NCBI GenBank assembly: GCA_016839745.1
Contig: JAEOTS010000143.1
Coordinates: 1 to 44,324 of the forward strand
Source: Promethearchaeota archaeon
GTDB lineage: Archaea; Asgardarchaeota; Lokiarchaeia; Sigyniarchaeales; SOKP01
DNA: 44,324 nucleotides
Direction of reading: 5' to 3'
A program made the translations under genes and the position numbers. The notes beneath the pieces are model-generated. The model saw nothing but the letters and a program-made list of their open reading frames with translations, was not told where the DNA came from and did not search any database. Shown one piece after another: positions 11,701-20,302 of this stretch. How positions within the stretch are numbered: the stretch's first letter is position 1; every line of letters starts with the position of its first letter.

Positions 11701-14700
11701 ATGATGCCATCGCCATCAGTATCAGCGCAATTAGGATTTAAATAACGGCAGAAGTCAAGCTCAAAATATTCTAAATAGCATGATGCTGTGGAAATATCAT
11801 ATTTATTGTCTCCAATGGTATACTGAGGATCCCATGAATATCCAACAGCATCAACATATATATCAACTCCAGTGTGATAACTATAAGAACTAAATTTTGA
11901 GCGATTAACGCTATTTAGAGCTGTGTTAAATGAATATGGACCTTTCTTTGTACCATCGACCCAACAATAAAATTTATCAGCTGCGAGTCCCAAATACTGT
12001 CCGTTTCCACATTCAAAATCTAGGCGGACATGATACCAAGTTTCACTATCTACTAAGCAGATATATCCAAATGTGTGATCAGGTTTTTTGTACTCTAATT
12101 TTCCTCCATAAATTCTTAAAAAGACTCCGTTTTGACCCGCATCATCTACAAGGGTAATATAGTGACTTTTAAAATCATCAAAAGTCCCTCTCACCCACAT
12201 TTCCACTGTTCCGCTCTCTCGGGTAGAATCAAATTCATTTTCTATTATGAAAATATTAGATTGAGAATCATCGTGTAAATGAAGAACCTTTTCATGATTA
12301 GCCGAGTTTTGAATTACCTTAGCGAAGCATCCATCACCAGAACTATCTGTCCACCCAGAAGGAACTGCATCGTTGTAGTCATTATCAAAACTGTAGGTGG
12401 CAAGATATGTCCCCTCTTCGATATATTTGTACGCAACTCCAGATGCTAGAAATTTCCCTTCGTTATATCCCTCATCCCAGCTAAAACTTAACGCATCATA
12501 GTAGATTGCATAATCCGCACTATCGGTACCTGTTGTAAAGAACCTGAAATAGTTTGGATCGATATTATTAAATTTATTATAATCTAAAGTCCCAGAACAT
12601 ACCCCATCGATTGTAATTTGCCATTTTTTATTGCCAAGCCCCTTCCATGCAGTAGAATCTCGACACCAATCAATCTGGATGGCATACCACTGATCTAATT
12701 CCGGATCTGGGATGTTAGGTGCAACAATCCAATCATTCCCATCCCTACATTTCCATTTCCCATTATCAAGAGTAAAGTAAAACGCGCCGTAAGGATAAAT
12801 TTTTCGATTTGCGCTAAAAATGTAAGTTGGGCCATAGGATGATAAATGCCCTGTTATCATAAAATAGAATAATACCGTACCATGTCCTTTATATTGCCCA
12901 TCGTCATATTGCATGTATGCATTTTGCGATCGATCCGTATCATTTAAAATCAAGACATCAGTATGACCGTTTGCCCAAGCCAGTTCATGAAGATGACAAC
13001 CTGCCCCGGTACAATTTATCCAATCATCAGTTTCTGGGAATTCGAAATTTGGACCGAAATATGTACCATAATAATCACCTGGGGTTGTTGCATTCAAAGG
13101 ATACCCGATTGCAATCTCATAATCGCCATGGTAGTTATAATCGAGTTCTTCATCGTTCATAATATCTGTGATGTCAATAACTTGGGAAAAATATCTCGTT
13201 GAGTTCGTAGTGAAGTTTGCAAGGACAATGCCATCATCTTTCTTCGTGATGATAATCGAAATATCATACACACTTTCATTAGCTACCCCATAAGAGCTAG
13301 TAGAATTAAATTCGCCAAATTCCCCAAAGGAAATTCCAAAACTAATTTGAGCGGCGCTTGCTTGCTCAAAATTATGGGGAAAATGAAGAGTAACAGGGTT
13401 CGTCAAGTTTACCTTTTTATCGAGATCATCAAAGCCTTCATCTTTTAAATTATAAAAATAGTGTTTAATTTCTGCAGAGTCGCTTACAAAATCATGATCG
13501 GAATCTGCGTCAAGCGGATTCGTATAAAAACCAATTCCCCATCCAAAAACCTCTTCACCATCTTTTAAACCATCAGAATCCGTGTCTGTATTATTATAAT
13601 TTGTTCCAATCTGTATTTCGTCATAGTCGCTGAGTAAATCTTCATCCCCATCCCATTTTGACACAAAGGGATCTATATCATCAGAAAGATCATCATTATC
13701 AGTATCCGATTGTCTGGGATGACACCCTTTATAATATTCATCATAATCTGGCAAACCATCACTATCAGTATCATTCGAGAGAGCGTCACTGTCAATGTGA
13801 AAGGTAGAAGAGTTTTCAAAGTATACCACTGTTATATTCCAACCGTAAATCTCTGTCCCATCAGATAGAAAGTCATTATCAGAATCCCAATCTAATGCAT
13901 CTGTATTCATTGACAGCTCTCCTTTAGTTACATTGACATTATATCCATCCCACAGCCCATCACCATCAGTATCAGGGTCTAAATAGCTGGTGTTAGATAC
14001 TGTTTGCTCATAATTATCTGAGAGACCATCACCATCAGCATCACTGGTTGAATTGCCCGATATTTTAAACATTAATTCTGCTTCATCTGTTATTCCATCT
14101 AAAGAGGAATCTACAGTTGAGTGGATTTCGAACACAGCCATCTTTTCATTTCCTTCGGGGTCAATCACATGAACCTCTCCAAGATATACAGTAGTTCTCT
14201 TACATTTAAAAAACACTTCAGAACAAGAACCTGGATCATAATCATACCAATTAAGAATTCTAGTTCCATCCCTTATTTTCCAGTGATATATTAACTCATC
14301 ATTGTCGAATACTGAATCAGTTCCGTATGCTCGCAATATTATTATTCCATTATCATTACTAGAGCCAATCTCTCCAGCAACTCCATAGTACATATAACTT
14401 GATACGAGCACTTCTGGAGAGAGGGGATGAATCACAATTTTAATTTGTTTGGTAGAAATATGACCAGAAGGATCTTCAACAACTAAAGTGTAAATATATT
14501 CACCATCATTTAAAACCATCGTTGGACACTTTTCTGTAGAAAGTACTACATTTGCTTCATCATACCAGAAATACTTTAAGAATGGCTCATCAGATTCACT
14601 ATCATAAATTTCCATATCAAGGGTTAATGCTTGCCCCTCTAGTCCTTGAAAAGCAAATGGTCCAAGTATTTCGGGAGCTTTTGAAAGGATAGTAATATTT

Positions 14701-17129
14701 TTTATATCCCTATGGATATTGCCAAATGCATCTGCGATAGTAAGTGTAATGTTATATACTCCTGTGTGTTGCCAGGCATGTTGTGTATGCTGAGTATACG
14801 CTAAATATCCATCACCAAAATCCCACATAAAGTTTAATCCATTGAGGTTCTTATCCACACGTGATATTAATTTAACCCGTTCTCCTTCATACGCCGTAGG
14901 TAAAAAAGATTTGATATAACCATAAGCTACCGGTTCAGAACCTAAATCAATGGAAGAATTAATTCTTGGTATTAAACCGGAAAACTCAATTTCTTTTGTA
15001 GTATTAAAAGAAACGCTTAGTTCATTTTGTCCTAAATCATCATCTATAATTTCTGCCTCTAAATAGTTATTAGAGTTAAGACAACGAATAATATCAAATT
15101 TTTTTAATTTTAGTACATTCTCTAGAATTTCAGAAATGTCAATTAAAGGATAGATCTCATGGGTTAATTCTTTTTTAAAAGGAAATGAATTCTTCTCAAA
15201 TAGTTCTGAATAGACCAGCTTTTCTGCTGTTATATTAGCAAATTGGATTAAATCTTGCTCAAATATATTCATATTATATTCAATATCATCGATTATAAAT
15301 GCGCTGGTTATAGGAAGAGCGTTTGTACAGGTAATTTCAAGCAATTTATTTTCAATATATTGTAAAGAATATTGCACATCATCACTTGAAGGGTCATAGA
15401 GTTGGGTATTGAAGGTAATTGGATAAGAAAAAGAGAAATCTTCAAAATTGTAAAAGTAAGAGGATATACTATCCTGCCAATATCCATAATCGCCACCAAA
15501 TAGCCGTGGACTTTCTAAAATTAATTCTTGTCCATTAACAAAAGCCAATCTGGTAAATACTTGAAACCACGAATTATTCGTAAGCATTTCGGTTGAATTA
15601 ACTATAATTTCCCAATCTTTCAACAAAGAGAAACCGAATGGTAGATCAGCTATTTCTACCATGCTTTCTGTTGAATTAATAAAATCTAGTGTTGTCTTAG
15701 TTATTGATTTATTATTGCCTACCATTTGGAAAATGAAAGCTGCAGGCACAGAAGAATCATTTCTAAATACTTGAAATGTTACATTCGCTAGGATTTTTGC
15801 CTCATATATACTCACCTGAGGAGCGACATTTAAGACTTCTACATTAGTAGTAGCAACACTATATTCTCCAGAAGGATCTAAAGCTACTACGGAAATATGG
15901 CCTTTATAATCATCGGTAAAAACATGTCTATTCAAATATCCACCCTGCTCAAATCCACCAAGAGCTAATGGATCAAAATTAGTAGAATCAAAATTCCAGT
16001 AATATAATAGCTGAACTATATCAATGCTATCATCTGTGGCTTTCGCCGTGAATAAATATGGCTCACCCTCATTAATTATATGGGTTATATTAGAATCAAT
16101 AAAATCAATGTGGGGTAAGGTATTATTTAACTCAATCATTCTCGAAAATGAGCTTATAGCGCCATCGTCATCTTTTACTGTTAGAGATATATTATAAATA
16201 CCTGAATTAAAGTATGTATGGGTAGCATATTTACCCCAATTAAATGAATTATCTCCCCAATCCCATACATATCGCAAAGAATTTAGGTCTGAGGGAGTAT
16301 CTATGCTTGAATCTGCGCTAAATTTGATTTCTGAGCCAATTGCAATATGATCCTCATTTTCGATTGAAAACGAAGCAATAGGAGGTTTATTTTTAATTCT
16401 AATATATACGGTTTCTTTACTTAGCTCATTAGTAGAACCTATAACAGTTATAGTTACTGGATAAGTTCCAGCATTCTTCCATGAATGAATCGTAAAATTT
16501 TCAGTAGTTTTTATTTCTGCATCAGCAAAGCTGAATATGTAGGTTAGACTATGATTAGGTGCACTACAACCTTCCACAGATATTAAAATTTCTTCATCTT
16601 CATATGCTTCATAATCAAACGCAGCAGTTTTTAATCTATTATTATTTGAACTTATTTTTCCATCGATGGCAATATTAAATAAAGGAGGGTTATTTTGTAT
16701 TACAATAACTAATGCTTTAGTATATGGGCGACCCCTAGAGTTCCAGACTTTTAATATTGGAGTATAACGTCCTTGTAATACATAAGAATGTAAAAGCTCA
16801 CCTGACCACCATCCATTATTGTTTCCACTTTTATCTTCAATGTTAATAACATGGCCATCCCCAAGAACTAATAATGCTCTCTGTGGGACTCCTGTAATAT
16901 CCCAATGAAATCTAATGGGAGTATTAGTACGAAATTCTTCATGTTCCCCTTCAATTGAGAAGTTTTTTATTTCAAACTTTATTGAAGTAAGCGGTGTACT
17001 ATGAATCGTCGATATTGCGATAATAAAAAGTATTGCTGCAGCAATGCTATATTTTATTTTCCTTTTTTTCGTTCTGGATAACCAACTTTTACATTTGGAA
17101 TCCAGACGCTTTATGCTATATTTATTCAT
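5778..17129 (-). CDS. Giant (3783 aa) membrane-anchored surface protein: PKD repeats, Ca-binding DxDxDG (TSP3-like) repeats, five LamG/ConA-like modules, internal and C-terminal multi-TM regions
   Basis: N-terminal signal anchor; PKD motifs (YVWDWGD, WDFGDG...HAWQHTGVYNITLTI); many DTDGDGLxDxxE repeats; five modules bounded by Yx(G/A)TY(S/F)...D(A)xxxSWxxxY; hydrophobic blocks at about 7860-8140 and 5800-6420. Confidence 0.85.
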   Translation of the reverse strand: MNKYSIKRLDSKCKSWLSRTKKRKIKYSIAAAILFIIAISTIHSTPLTSIKFEIKNFSIEGEHEEFRTNTPIRFHWDITGVPQRALLVLGDGHVINIEDKSGNNNGWWSGELLHSYVLQGRYTPILKVWNSRGRPYTKALVIVIQNNPPLFNIAIDGKISSNNNRLKTAAFDYEAYEDEEILISVEGCSAPNHSLTYIFSFADAEIKTTENFTIHSWKNAGTYPVTITVIGSTNELSKETVYIRIKNKPPIASFSIENEDHIAIGSEIKFSADSSIDTPSDLNSLRYVWDWGDNSFNWGKYATHTYFNSGIYNISLTVKDDDGAISSFSRMIELNNTLPHIDFIDSNITHIINEGEPYLFTAKATDDSIDIVQLLYYWNFDSTNFDPLALGGFEQGGYLNRHVFTDDYKGHISVVALDPSGEYSVATTNVEVLNVAPQVSIYEAKILANVTFQVFRNDSSVPAAFIFQMVGNNKSITKTTLDFINSTESMVEIADLPFGFSLLKDWEIIVNSTEMLTNNSWFQVFTRLAFVNGQELILESPRLFGGDYGYWQDSISSYFYNFEDFSFSYPITFNTQLYDPSSDDVQYSLQYIENKLLEITCTNALPITSAFIIDDIEYNMNIFEQDLIQFANITAEKLVYSELFEKNSFPFKKELTHEIYPLIDISEILENVLKLKKFDIIRCLNSNNYLEAEIIDDDLGQNELSVSFNTTKEIEFSGLIPRINSSIDLGSEPVAYGYIKSFLPTAYEGERVKLISRVDKNLNGLNFMWDFGDGYLAYTQHTQHAWQHTGVYNITLTIADAFGNIHRDIKNITILSKAPEILGPFAFQGLEGQALTLDMEIYDSESDEPFLKYFWYDEANVVLSTEKCPTMVLNDGEYIYTLVVEDPSGHISTKQIKIVIHPLSPEVLVSSYMYYGVAGEIGSSNDNGIIILRAYGTDSVFDNDELIYHWKIRDGTRILNWYDYDPGSCSEVFFKCKRTTVYLGEVHVIDPEGNEKMAVFEIHSTVDSSLDGITDEAELMFKISGNSTSDADGDGLSDNYEQTVSNTSYLDPDTDGDGLWDGYNVNVTKGELSMNTDALDWDSDNDFLSDGTEIYGWNITVVYFENSSTFHIDSDALSNDTDSDGLPDYDEYYKGCHPRQSDTDNDDLSDDIDPFVSKWDGDEDLLSDYDEIQIGTNYNNTDTDSDGLKDGEEVFGWGIGFYTNPLDADSDHDFVSDSAEIKHYFYNLKDEGFDDLDKKVNLTNPVTLHFPHNFEQASAAQISFGISFGEFGEFNSTSSYGVANESVYDISIIITKKDDGIVLANFTTNSTRYFSQVIDITDIMNDEELDYNYHGDYEIAIGYPLNATTPGDYYGTYFGPNFEFPETDDWINCTGAGCHLHELAWANGHTDVLILNDTDRSQNAYMQYDDGQYKGHGTVLFYFMITGHLSSYGPTYIFSANRKIYPYGAFYFTLDNGKWKCRDGNDWIVAPNIPDPELDQWYAIQIDWCRDSTAWKGLGNKKWQITIDGVCSGTLDYNKFNNIDPNYFRFFTTGTDSADYAIYYDALSFSWDEGYNEGKFLASGVAYKYIEEGTYLATYSFDNDYNDAVPSGWTDSSGDGCFAKVIQNSANHEKVLHLHDDSQSNIFIIENEFDSTRESGTVEMWVRGTFDDFKSHYITLVDDAGQNGVFLRIYGGKLEYKKPDHTFGYICLVDSETWYHVRLDFECGNGQYLGLAADKFYCWVDGTKKGPYSFNTALNSVNRSKFSSYSYHTGVDIYVDAVGYSWDPQYTIGDNKYDISTASCYLEYFELDFCRYLNPNCADTDGDGIMDGVEMGILVRGNDTIDFRDAYMPYYDNITELSYYNLTINQCGDYEGTYSFEYDENGAVPSGWNMDADTSCNATVIEALEDHHKVLSLSDYSNSGTMELMDTFNTTMGVVEFWIASDDVSKPNYIYLYEDAIRKMAIAIQSSKFQYYSGSSWIDVGKTAQDDLWYHVKLEFNCSTDKWNIYIDKEQLKSNLSFESTAEYISNITLLTSNSYYGYCGYYDAIGYSWHWNYEIGDNLHDTNGVSIFESENYFGTYFGPDFEFPETNDWINSTGTGCHLHELNCANGHTDVLILNDTDRSQNAYMQYDDGQYKGHGTVLFYFMITGHLSSYGATYIFDGCRKVYPYGAFYFTLDNGKWKCKDGNDWIVVPNIPDPELDQWYAVQIDWCRDSTAWKGLGNKKYRITVDGVSSGALDYNKFNNIDPNYFRFFTTGTDSADYAIYYDALSFSWDAGYCESKCLTQEWQINGTIQTDDYYLEIPQTGKVYDAELYLELKSNETLNGQGAVIIQVLKEEINCTIDDVQIFEYISELNASEQFTYQKSINLTNIVNDELITEIYGTYVLKIGIYDTILTDIFNLTRFEIVTDTYIQAGFQDKIAWTTDPAENDTDGDGWSDYYEIFTSETSPLSKDSDGDDAWDSNDRDPLGDVMLEIYPYFGAYRNLHIFEPRHAVLQIVMQFAFGENDYYFNTPSTWSYLEPNIYGKYQAAYFDEHYYVNIDDDITRQGDNVTMNLQLWLICNDIGLWDTCDLSKDVNYTITDPDDPYETLHAEKIGFFGFTNELDVKVKTVVVERANTLAIYGVNDTFTGHYQDINQRYSLIQLHIPDENHFPGSNSFINEQIGNRSTDVNFVDSDTSTGDCYVEIVEDVGDHNRILKIHHVLSENVHIYHDLDSDQSYGTIEWWWRGGVGLALGSILYFDLRRDDTDMIRLYMTEGKIKYNDGTTHDIMSINANTWYRMRVDFESTTGNYKGLSQYRFDLYVDGVLKVNDGQFANNEGHINRIGIDSGGIVGFDAFFDAFGFSWDSEYNLGDNAEAMGDCDGTPFELGVNVIVIPTELFTHTLLNEYVETECLNETVLYSARDNMFEFTANDRDDSVQEGNADVDYVFIRFDITPEQAMEVLNLILIGIINETLNENNNTIAINGTIHAYVSTKLNGTLATQMNLPYSVLSYVPWFNNYSNSPFGPQPNPEVGWDSILWAILWCIPGVNIVLYVMMAICPGIFMINLLDFLAEIFMNLLSFLAYLLWVIVRCALFIFFFILLALELLTISVVVLSIGVALLFISIFEEIETSFGLNWAITYGSAFRAGYFYLKTSSTNFQQEFWIEWVYWEFLDLYIPWVSDKTIYGNSTVYMSQNGVLDSDNKLTTLGDSTNNPIPLEPASDNVAPTLHCEYVDLGNDKYDFRTNYYDPNFEGPDDTYGVKLHLIKPDGSQLDSFDMSLDGGADFTSVNGAIYNKTVDLSGYNDGLWHFYFSTKDKDTSEIITSPLNDYFVGPDTSNGPSYLMGHRVTSNTADYSNIDGWITENFTFYVTWWDMVDGNAPSEVSLCLIPAKAQIGTGVSKTVGIQKFEMESVEFNPDYEDPVEFHYTLNFDDEGYDDSNIGAFKYYFEATTTSGEITSLLSIDESGNFTHFIGPFVKSTTKLNFRINSYASYGDGTTITRESSNTYIVEVSDYSGTGLSSKPNITCTQDQTKGQFTMLHYWSSTDGKIKRYYFEATTDKLSYGYWDVDFEFEYQGNPYSLESGICLDLSYIKSFFSQPETFYAEGRLMIDFTLAFLGIVPITLLSAVALWGCFNDLAYILSFIPLVITGLFMSLMLTKFYETDNIGGLLGFSLGCFLLWICIETFMVNDDGDINSFASIIVSGLLGPLKFLLALQWIFALLIPLLRLFLPDDSAVSNVLSFAHSVLLLFPMFIGVYAGLYTLLVAHCVSANRSKRNSYWKFWYRCTRIYKIMILVGIFVGIFLATIKNLSLGGSPPLY
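10351..13067. repeat. Intragenic 602-bp direct repeat (10351-10952 and 12466-13067)
   Basis: Ungapped manual alignment, offset 2115 nt (in frame), about 56 mismatches in 602 nt (about 91% identity by hand count). Confidence 0.92.
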
Positions 17130-18037
17130 TTTTTATTTAGATTATCTTATTATTTGTGATTTTATACAATTTTTAATTGATTTTTTAAAAAAATGTTCTT
17201 CTAAGTGAATAATAATTGAAGAACTGTGATATCTTCTTTCTTTCAATTTTATTTAAAGAAAAAATTATGTAAGACCAAAACTCAAAGTAAAAAAACAAAC
17301 TGAAAATTATAAAATATAAATATGACACTATATTAACCCATGAACATTTATGATGTTTTTGTCAGTTAATAATTATGATTTTTTCTTTTTTAAATATTAC
17401 GGCTATCTGTTGAACCTTTATATACTTACTTTTTTATATATTTGTGCAAAAGCTTATTTGGTATATAAGAGATAAGAAATCAGCAAATAGGTAATAAAAA
17501 TTGAGCTAAAGGTGTCGAGAGTCTTTTCTCTCTAAAATTGTATAAATTTTCCAATTAGTTTTAAGAAATATTTGGGGGGGAGTGTGCTTTTTAAATCTTA
17601 TCCTCTGAGATGAAAAATAGTAGTAGACTTACTCTACCTACAAATTAGAGTTTTACACTTTTGTAGAAATGAGCAAAAATTCCATTTCATCGATCACCCC
17701 CTTATGATCAAAGTCGAGGAAAACTCGGATCACCGTCTGTACATAAAATTAAGGTTAAGTTTAAATTAAAAAATTTATTTAAACCTATGTTTTTCTAAAT
17801 TCAGCTAAATTACAAGATTTTAAATTTTTTACTACTATTATTCGATATCAAGGTTCCTAAAAGCTATTTTCAAGATTGGCTAAAGGGGTTAAATCAAAAA
17901 TTTCCCAAAGTTGTAGTAGTTGATTATTCCTATTACTGAGTATTTTTACTACCTAATTCTTTTGGCAGGTACTACCAAACTTACTCACATCAGTGAGTGT
18001 TTATTTAGGTGAATATGATAATTTATCTTTTGAGGGA

Positions 18038-19087
18038 TTAAAAAAATAAAGAATTCGCTCCAAAGATGTTATTATTAATTGAGAAGAAGTGACACCGTCT
18101 AAATTTAAATGACTTAAAGACATCATCAAAGTCGAAAAACTTACGTTTAAAAAGATAATTACTTGAGTTAAATCGCACTTCTTTCTGAGATTTCAGGTGG
18201 ATTTTAACGGCCCTCTCGGTTGGATTTCCTCTAACATGCCTCATATAACCCTTTATCCAAGCTATATCAGCCCAGGATATAAATCTTGGTTTTCCAATTT
18301 TTTTGTAGTAAATTCCTTGAGAGTCTAATACAATAAAGTAGTATTTTAAATAGATTGCGAATGTTATCAACTTACCACCAATTCCAATGACTAAAATAAT
18401 TAATAAAGAGACTACTATCCTCACTCCAGAAGCTGTTAATCCTAGTCCATATGCTCTCTCGTCATCTATGGTGGGTAGCAAAAAAAATGCGAGAAACCAA
18501 AAAAGGTATATGAAGAAAACTCCAAAAAAGAACGCCAGAACTGTTTGGAATTTATATTTACTCGTTATAACTACGAGATCCCTTGTTTCTATTGCGCTCA
18601 ATAGCTCAGTTTGAGATTTTTCCAGTTTTGATCCTTTAAAGTATCTAAAAGTAGTTTCTAACACTCTTTTTTCTCTCTTATCCATTTCTAAAGGTGGGCT
18701 CAAAGGTCTTCTCTTTAAAGATGTGCCGTCATGAGTCGTATCATTTTCTATCTCCGTAGAGTCACTTACAGAGGAGGAGGGTTGTATTTCTTTTAGTAAA
18801 ACCAATTTACTTTTCCAATCTAACGGTTTTTCCAATCCATCATTGTCATTAGAGGTTTCTTCGTGATTTCTGACGATTAAAAGTTCTTCGTCCGCGAAGT
18901 CACCCAATTTTTTTGCTCTATATACTAATTCTGCTATCTTATGGAACGCGTTTTTCACATTTTCACCTGTGAGAGCAGAGGTCTCGAAATACGGAGCGTT
19001 TAGCTTTTGACTAAGGTGTTCTGCCATAGGCAAGATTATTTCCTTCTCGCCTTTTAAATCATTTTTATGAAGAACAACTACTTCCAT
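18038..19087 (-). CDS. C-terminal half of a Rab/Ras-like small GTPase fused to a 2-TM + bacterial-PH-like domain
   Basis: Starts with G4-like LHKNDL and G5 YFETSALTGENVKNAF; no G1-G3. Then a linker, two TM helices, and IVLDSQGIYYK...ISWADIAWIK (bPH-like pattern). Confidence 0.7.
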   Translation of the reverse strand: MEVVVLHKNDLKGEKEIILPMAEHLSQKLNAPYFETSALTGENVKNAFHKIAELVYRAKKLGDFADEELLIVRNHEETSNDNDGLEKPLDWKSKLVLLKEIQPSSSVSDSTEIENDTTHDGTSLKRRPLSPPLEMDKREKRVLETTFRYFKGSKLEKSQTELLSAIETRDLVVITSKYKFQTVLAFFFGVFFIYLFWFLAFFLLPTIDDERAYGLGLTASGVRIVVSLLIILVIGIGGKLITFAIYLKYYFIVLDSQGIYYKKIGKPRFISWADIAWIKGYMRHVRGNPTERAVKIHLKSQKEVRFNSSNYLFKRKFFDFDDVFKSFKFRRCHFFSINNNIFGANSLFF

Positions 19088-19296
19088 TGATTATGTTTTG
19101 TCAAAAAGAAGATTTCATTCTTATTTTAATTCATGAAGTATCTTACAATCCCGCACTAGGAAAAATTGTACCTTTTTTCCATAAGCTATATAGTAGGATT
19201 GAAACAGTAGATATTTTTTTGGAAAAAGATGTTACTGCCCCATTTAAAATCCTTAATCTTACTTATCTAGACTATCATAAGCGGGTAGGCTATCAA

Positions 19297-19755
19297 ATTC
19301 AAAGTGATGGGTTTCAATGGAGGCAAATCTTAACATTTGGTCATTAGAAAAAACAAAAATGTTAAATAAATACTCATCTATTTTCTCAATAATGATTTAG
19401 CATTATCAAGATAAGTTTAAAAATGGAGGTAAAGCAAATTGCTGGAATAATTATACTCATAATTGGAATAGTTGTTATAATTGGGGGAGCCTACTACTTC
19501 GTCACTTATGTACTTCCACATCAATCATGGTGGGATATCTTTCGAGTGTTAGCAGCCGTTTTATTTTTCATAGGCGGTTTTCTGTCTATTGCTGGACTGA
19601 TTTTATTAATATCTGGAAGAAAAAAGGATTAAATTTTAAAATTTATTTGTTTTATTAATTATTTTAGTAAATGATTCTCAGCTCCGCAATTTAAGCATTG
19701 AAGAATCTCATGTTTTTCATCAGTGATTCAAAGTGATGGGTTTCAATGGATGCAA
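19297..19755. repeat. 30-bp direct repeat (19297-19326 and 19726-19755) flanking a small membrane gene
   Basis: ATTCAAAGTGATGGGTTTCAATGGA(G/T)GCAA: first 25 bp exact, 1 mismatch in 30. Confidence 0.85.
19423..19632 (+). CDS. Small two-TM membrane protein
   Basis: 69 aa with two Gly-rich hydrophobic helices and a basic C-terminus. Confidence 0.75.
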   Translation: MEVKQIAGIIILIIGIVVIIGGAYYFVTYVLPHQSWWDIFRVLAAVLFFIGGFLSIAGLILLISGRKKD

Positions 19756-19836
19756 GTTTCTTAATTATATTTAAAGCATAAATTTGACAAACTATTCTAT
19801 TATTTTCCTTTAAATAGATTCGCTTTAATCATATTT

Positions 19837-20223
19837 ATGATATTTACTTCTAGCGGGGTATTGTCAAGGCGGATTCAATGTGCGATCTGTAATCGCGACA
19901 TAAAAAGTCTACAGGGTGTATACCAATCAAAAATGCTCCACGGGGTTGTGTGTAAAAATTGTGCGGATATGTTTCCACCTGACGATATTGAAATGATATT
20001 AAACCTATTTTTCCTGTATGGAGGATATTTTGGAAAGGAAGGGGATAAACCCTTTTCTATTGAACATCTGGCAATTAGCCTCTTATTGGTTGGTGAGAAG
20101 ATGAAAGAAGATAACAAAACTATCAGCATTGATGAAGTGCATCAAAAAGTCATGCATCAAGCTCTCATACACGGTATAAGTCCTACAGAGTATAATAACA
20201 AGTTGAAAAAGTTTCTTAAATAA
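19837..20223 (+). CDS. Hypothetical protein with an N-terminal C4 zinc finger
   Basis: CAIC...CKNC pair followed by a helical domain. Confidence 0.65.
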   Translation: MIFTSSGVLSRRIQCAICNRDIKSLQGVYQSKMLHGVVCKNCADMFPPDDIEMILNLFFLYGGYFGKEGDKPFSIEHLAISLLLVGEKMKEDNKTISIDEVHQKVMHQALIHGISPTEYNNKLKKFLK

Positions 20224-20302
20224 GTATCATTTTCTTTTCTTTATTTTTTTCTTTATATATATTGATAATTTTTAGGTAAGTAATCTAAATTATAAATAGG
20301 AG

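Noticed and set aside
10351-13067. 602-bp repeat as a DGR template/variable repeat pair
   Set aside because: Mismatches go in both directions, are largely synonymous transitions and are not adenine-restricted; both copies are coding and there is no reverse transcriptase in the window.
17692-17704. GATCACCCCCTTA resembling the 16S rRNA 3' end
   Set aside because: Short match only; no rRNA-like sequence upstream.
19087-19347. 86-aa plus-strand ORF
   Set aside because: TTG start overlapping the divergent gene's ATG, leaving no promoter space; no motif.
19665-19754. In-frame TGA in C-x-x-TGA (minus strand) as selenocysteine
   Set aside because: No start codon (TAA just upstream), a second in-frame TGA follows and no SECIS is evident; better explained as a decayed zinc-ribbon gene.
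19297-19755. 30-bp repeats as a CRISPR array
   Set aside because: Only two copies, 429 bp apart, with a gene between them; no cas genes.
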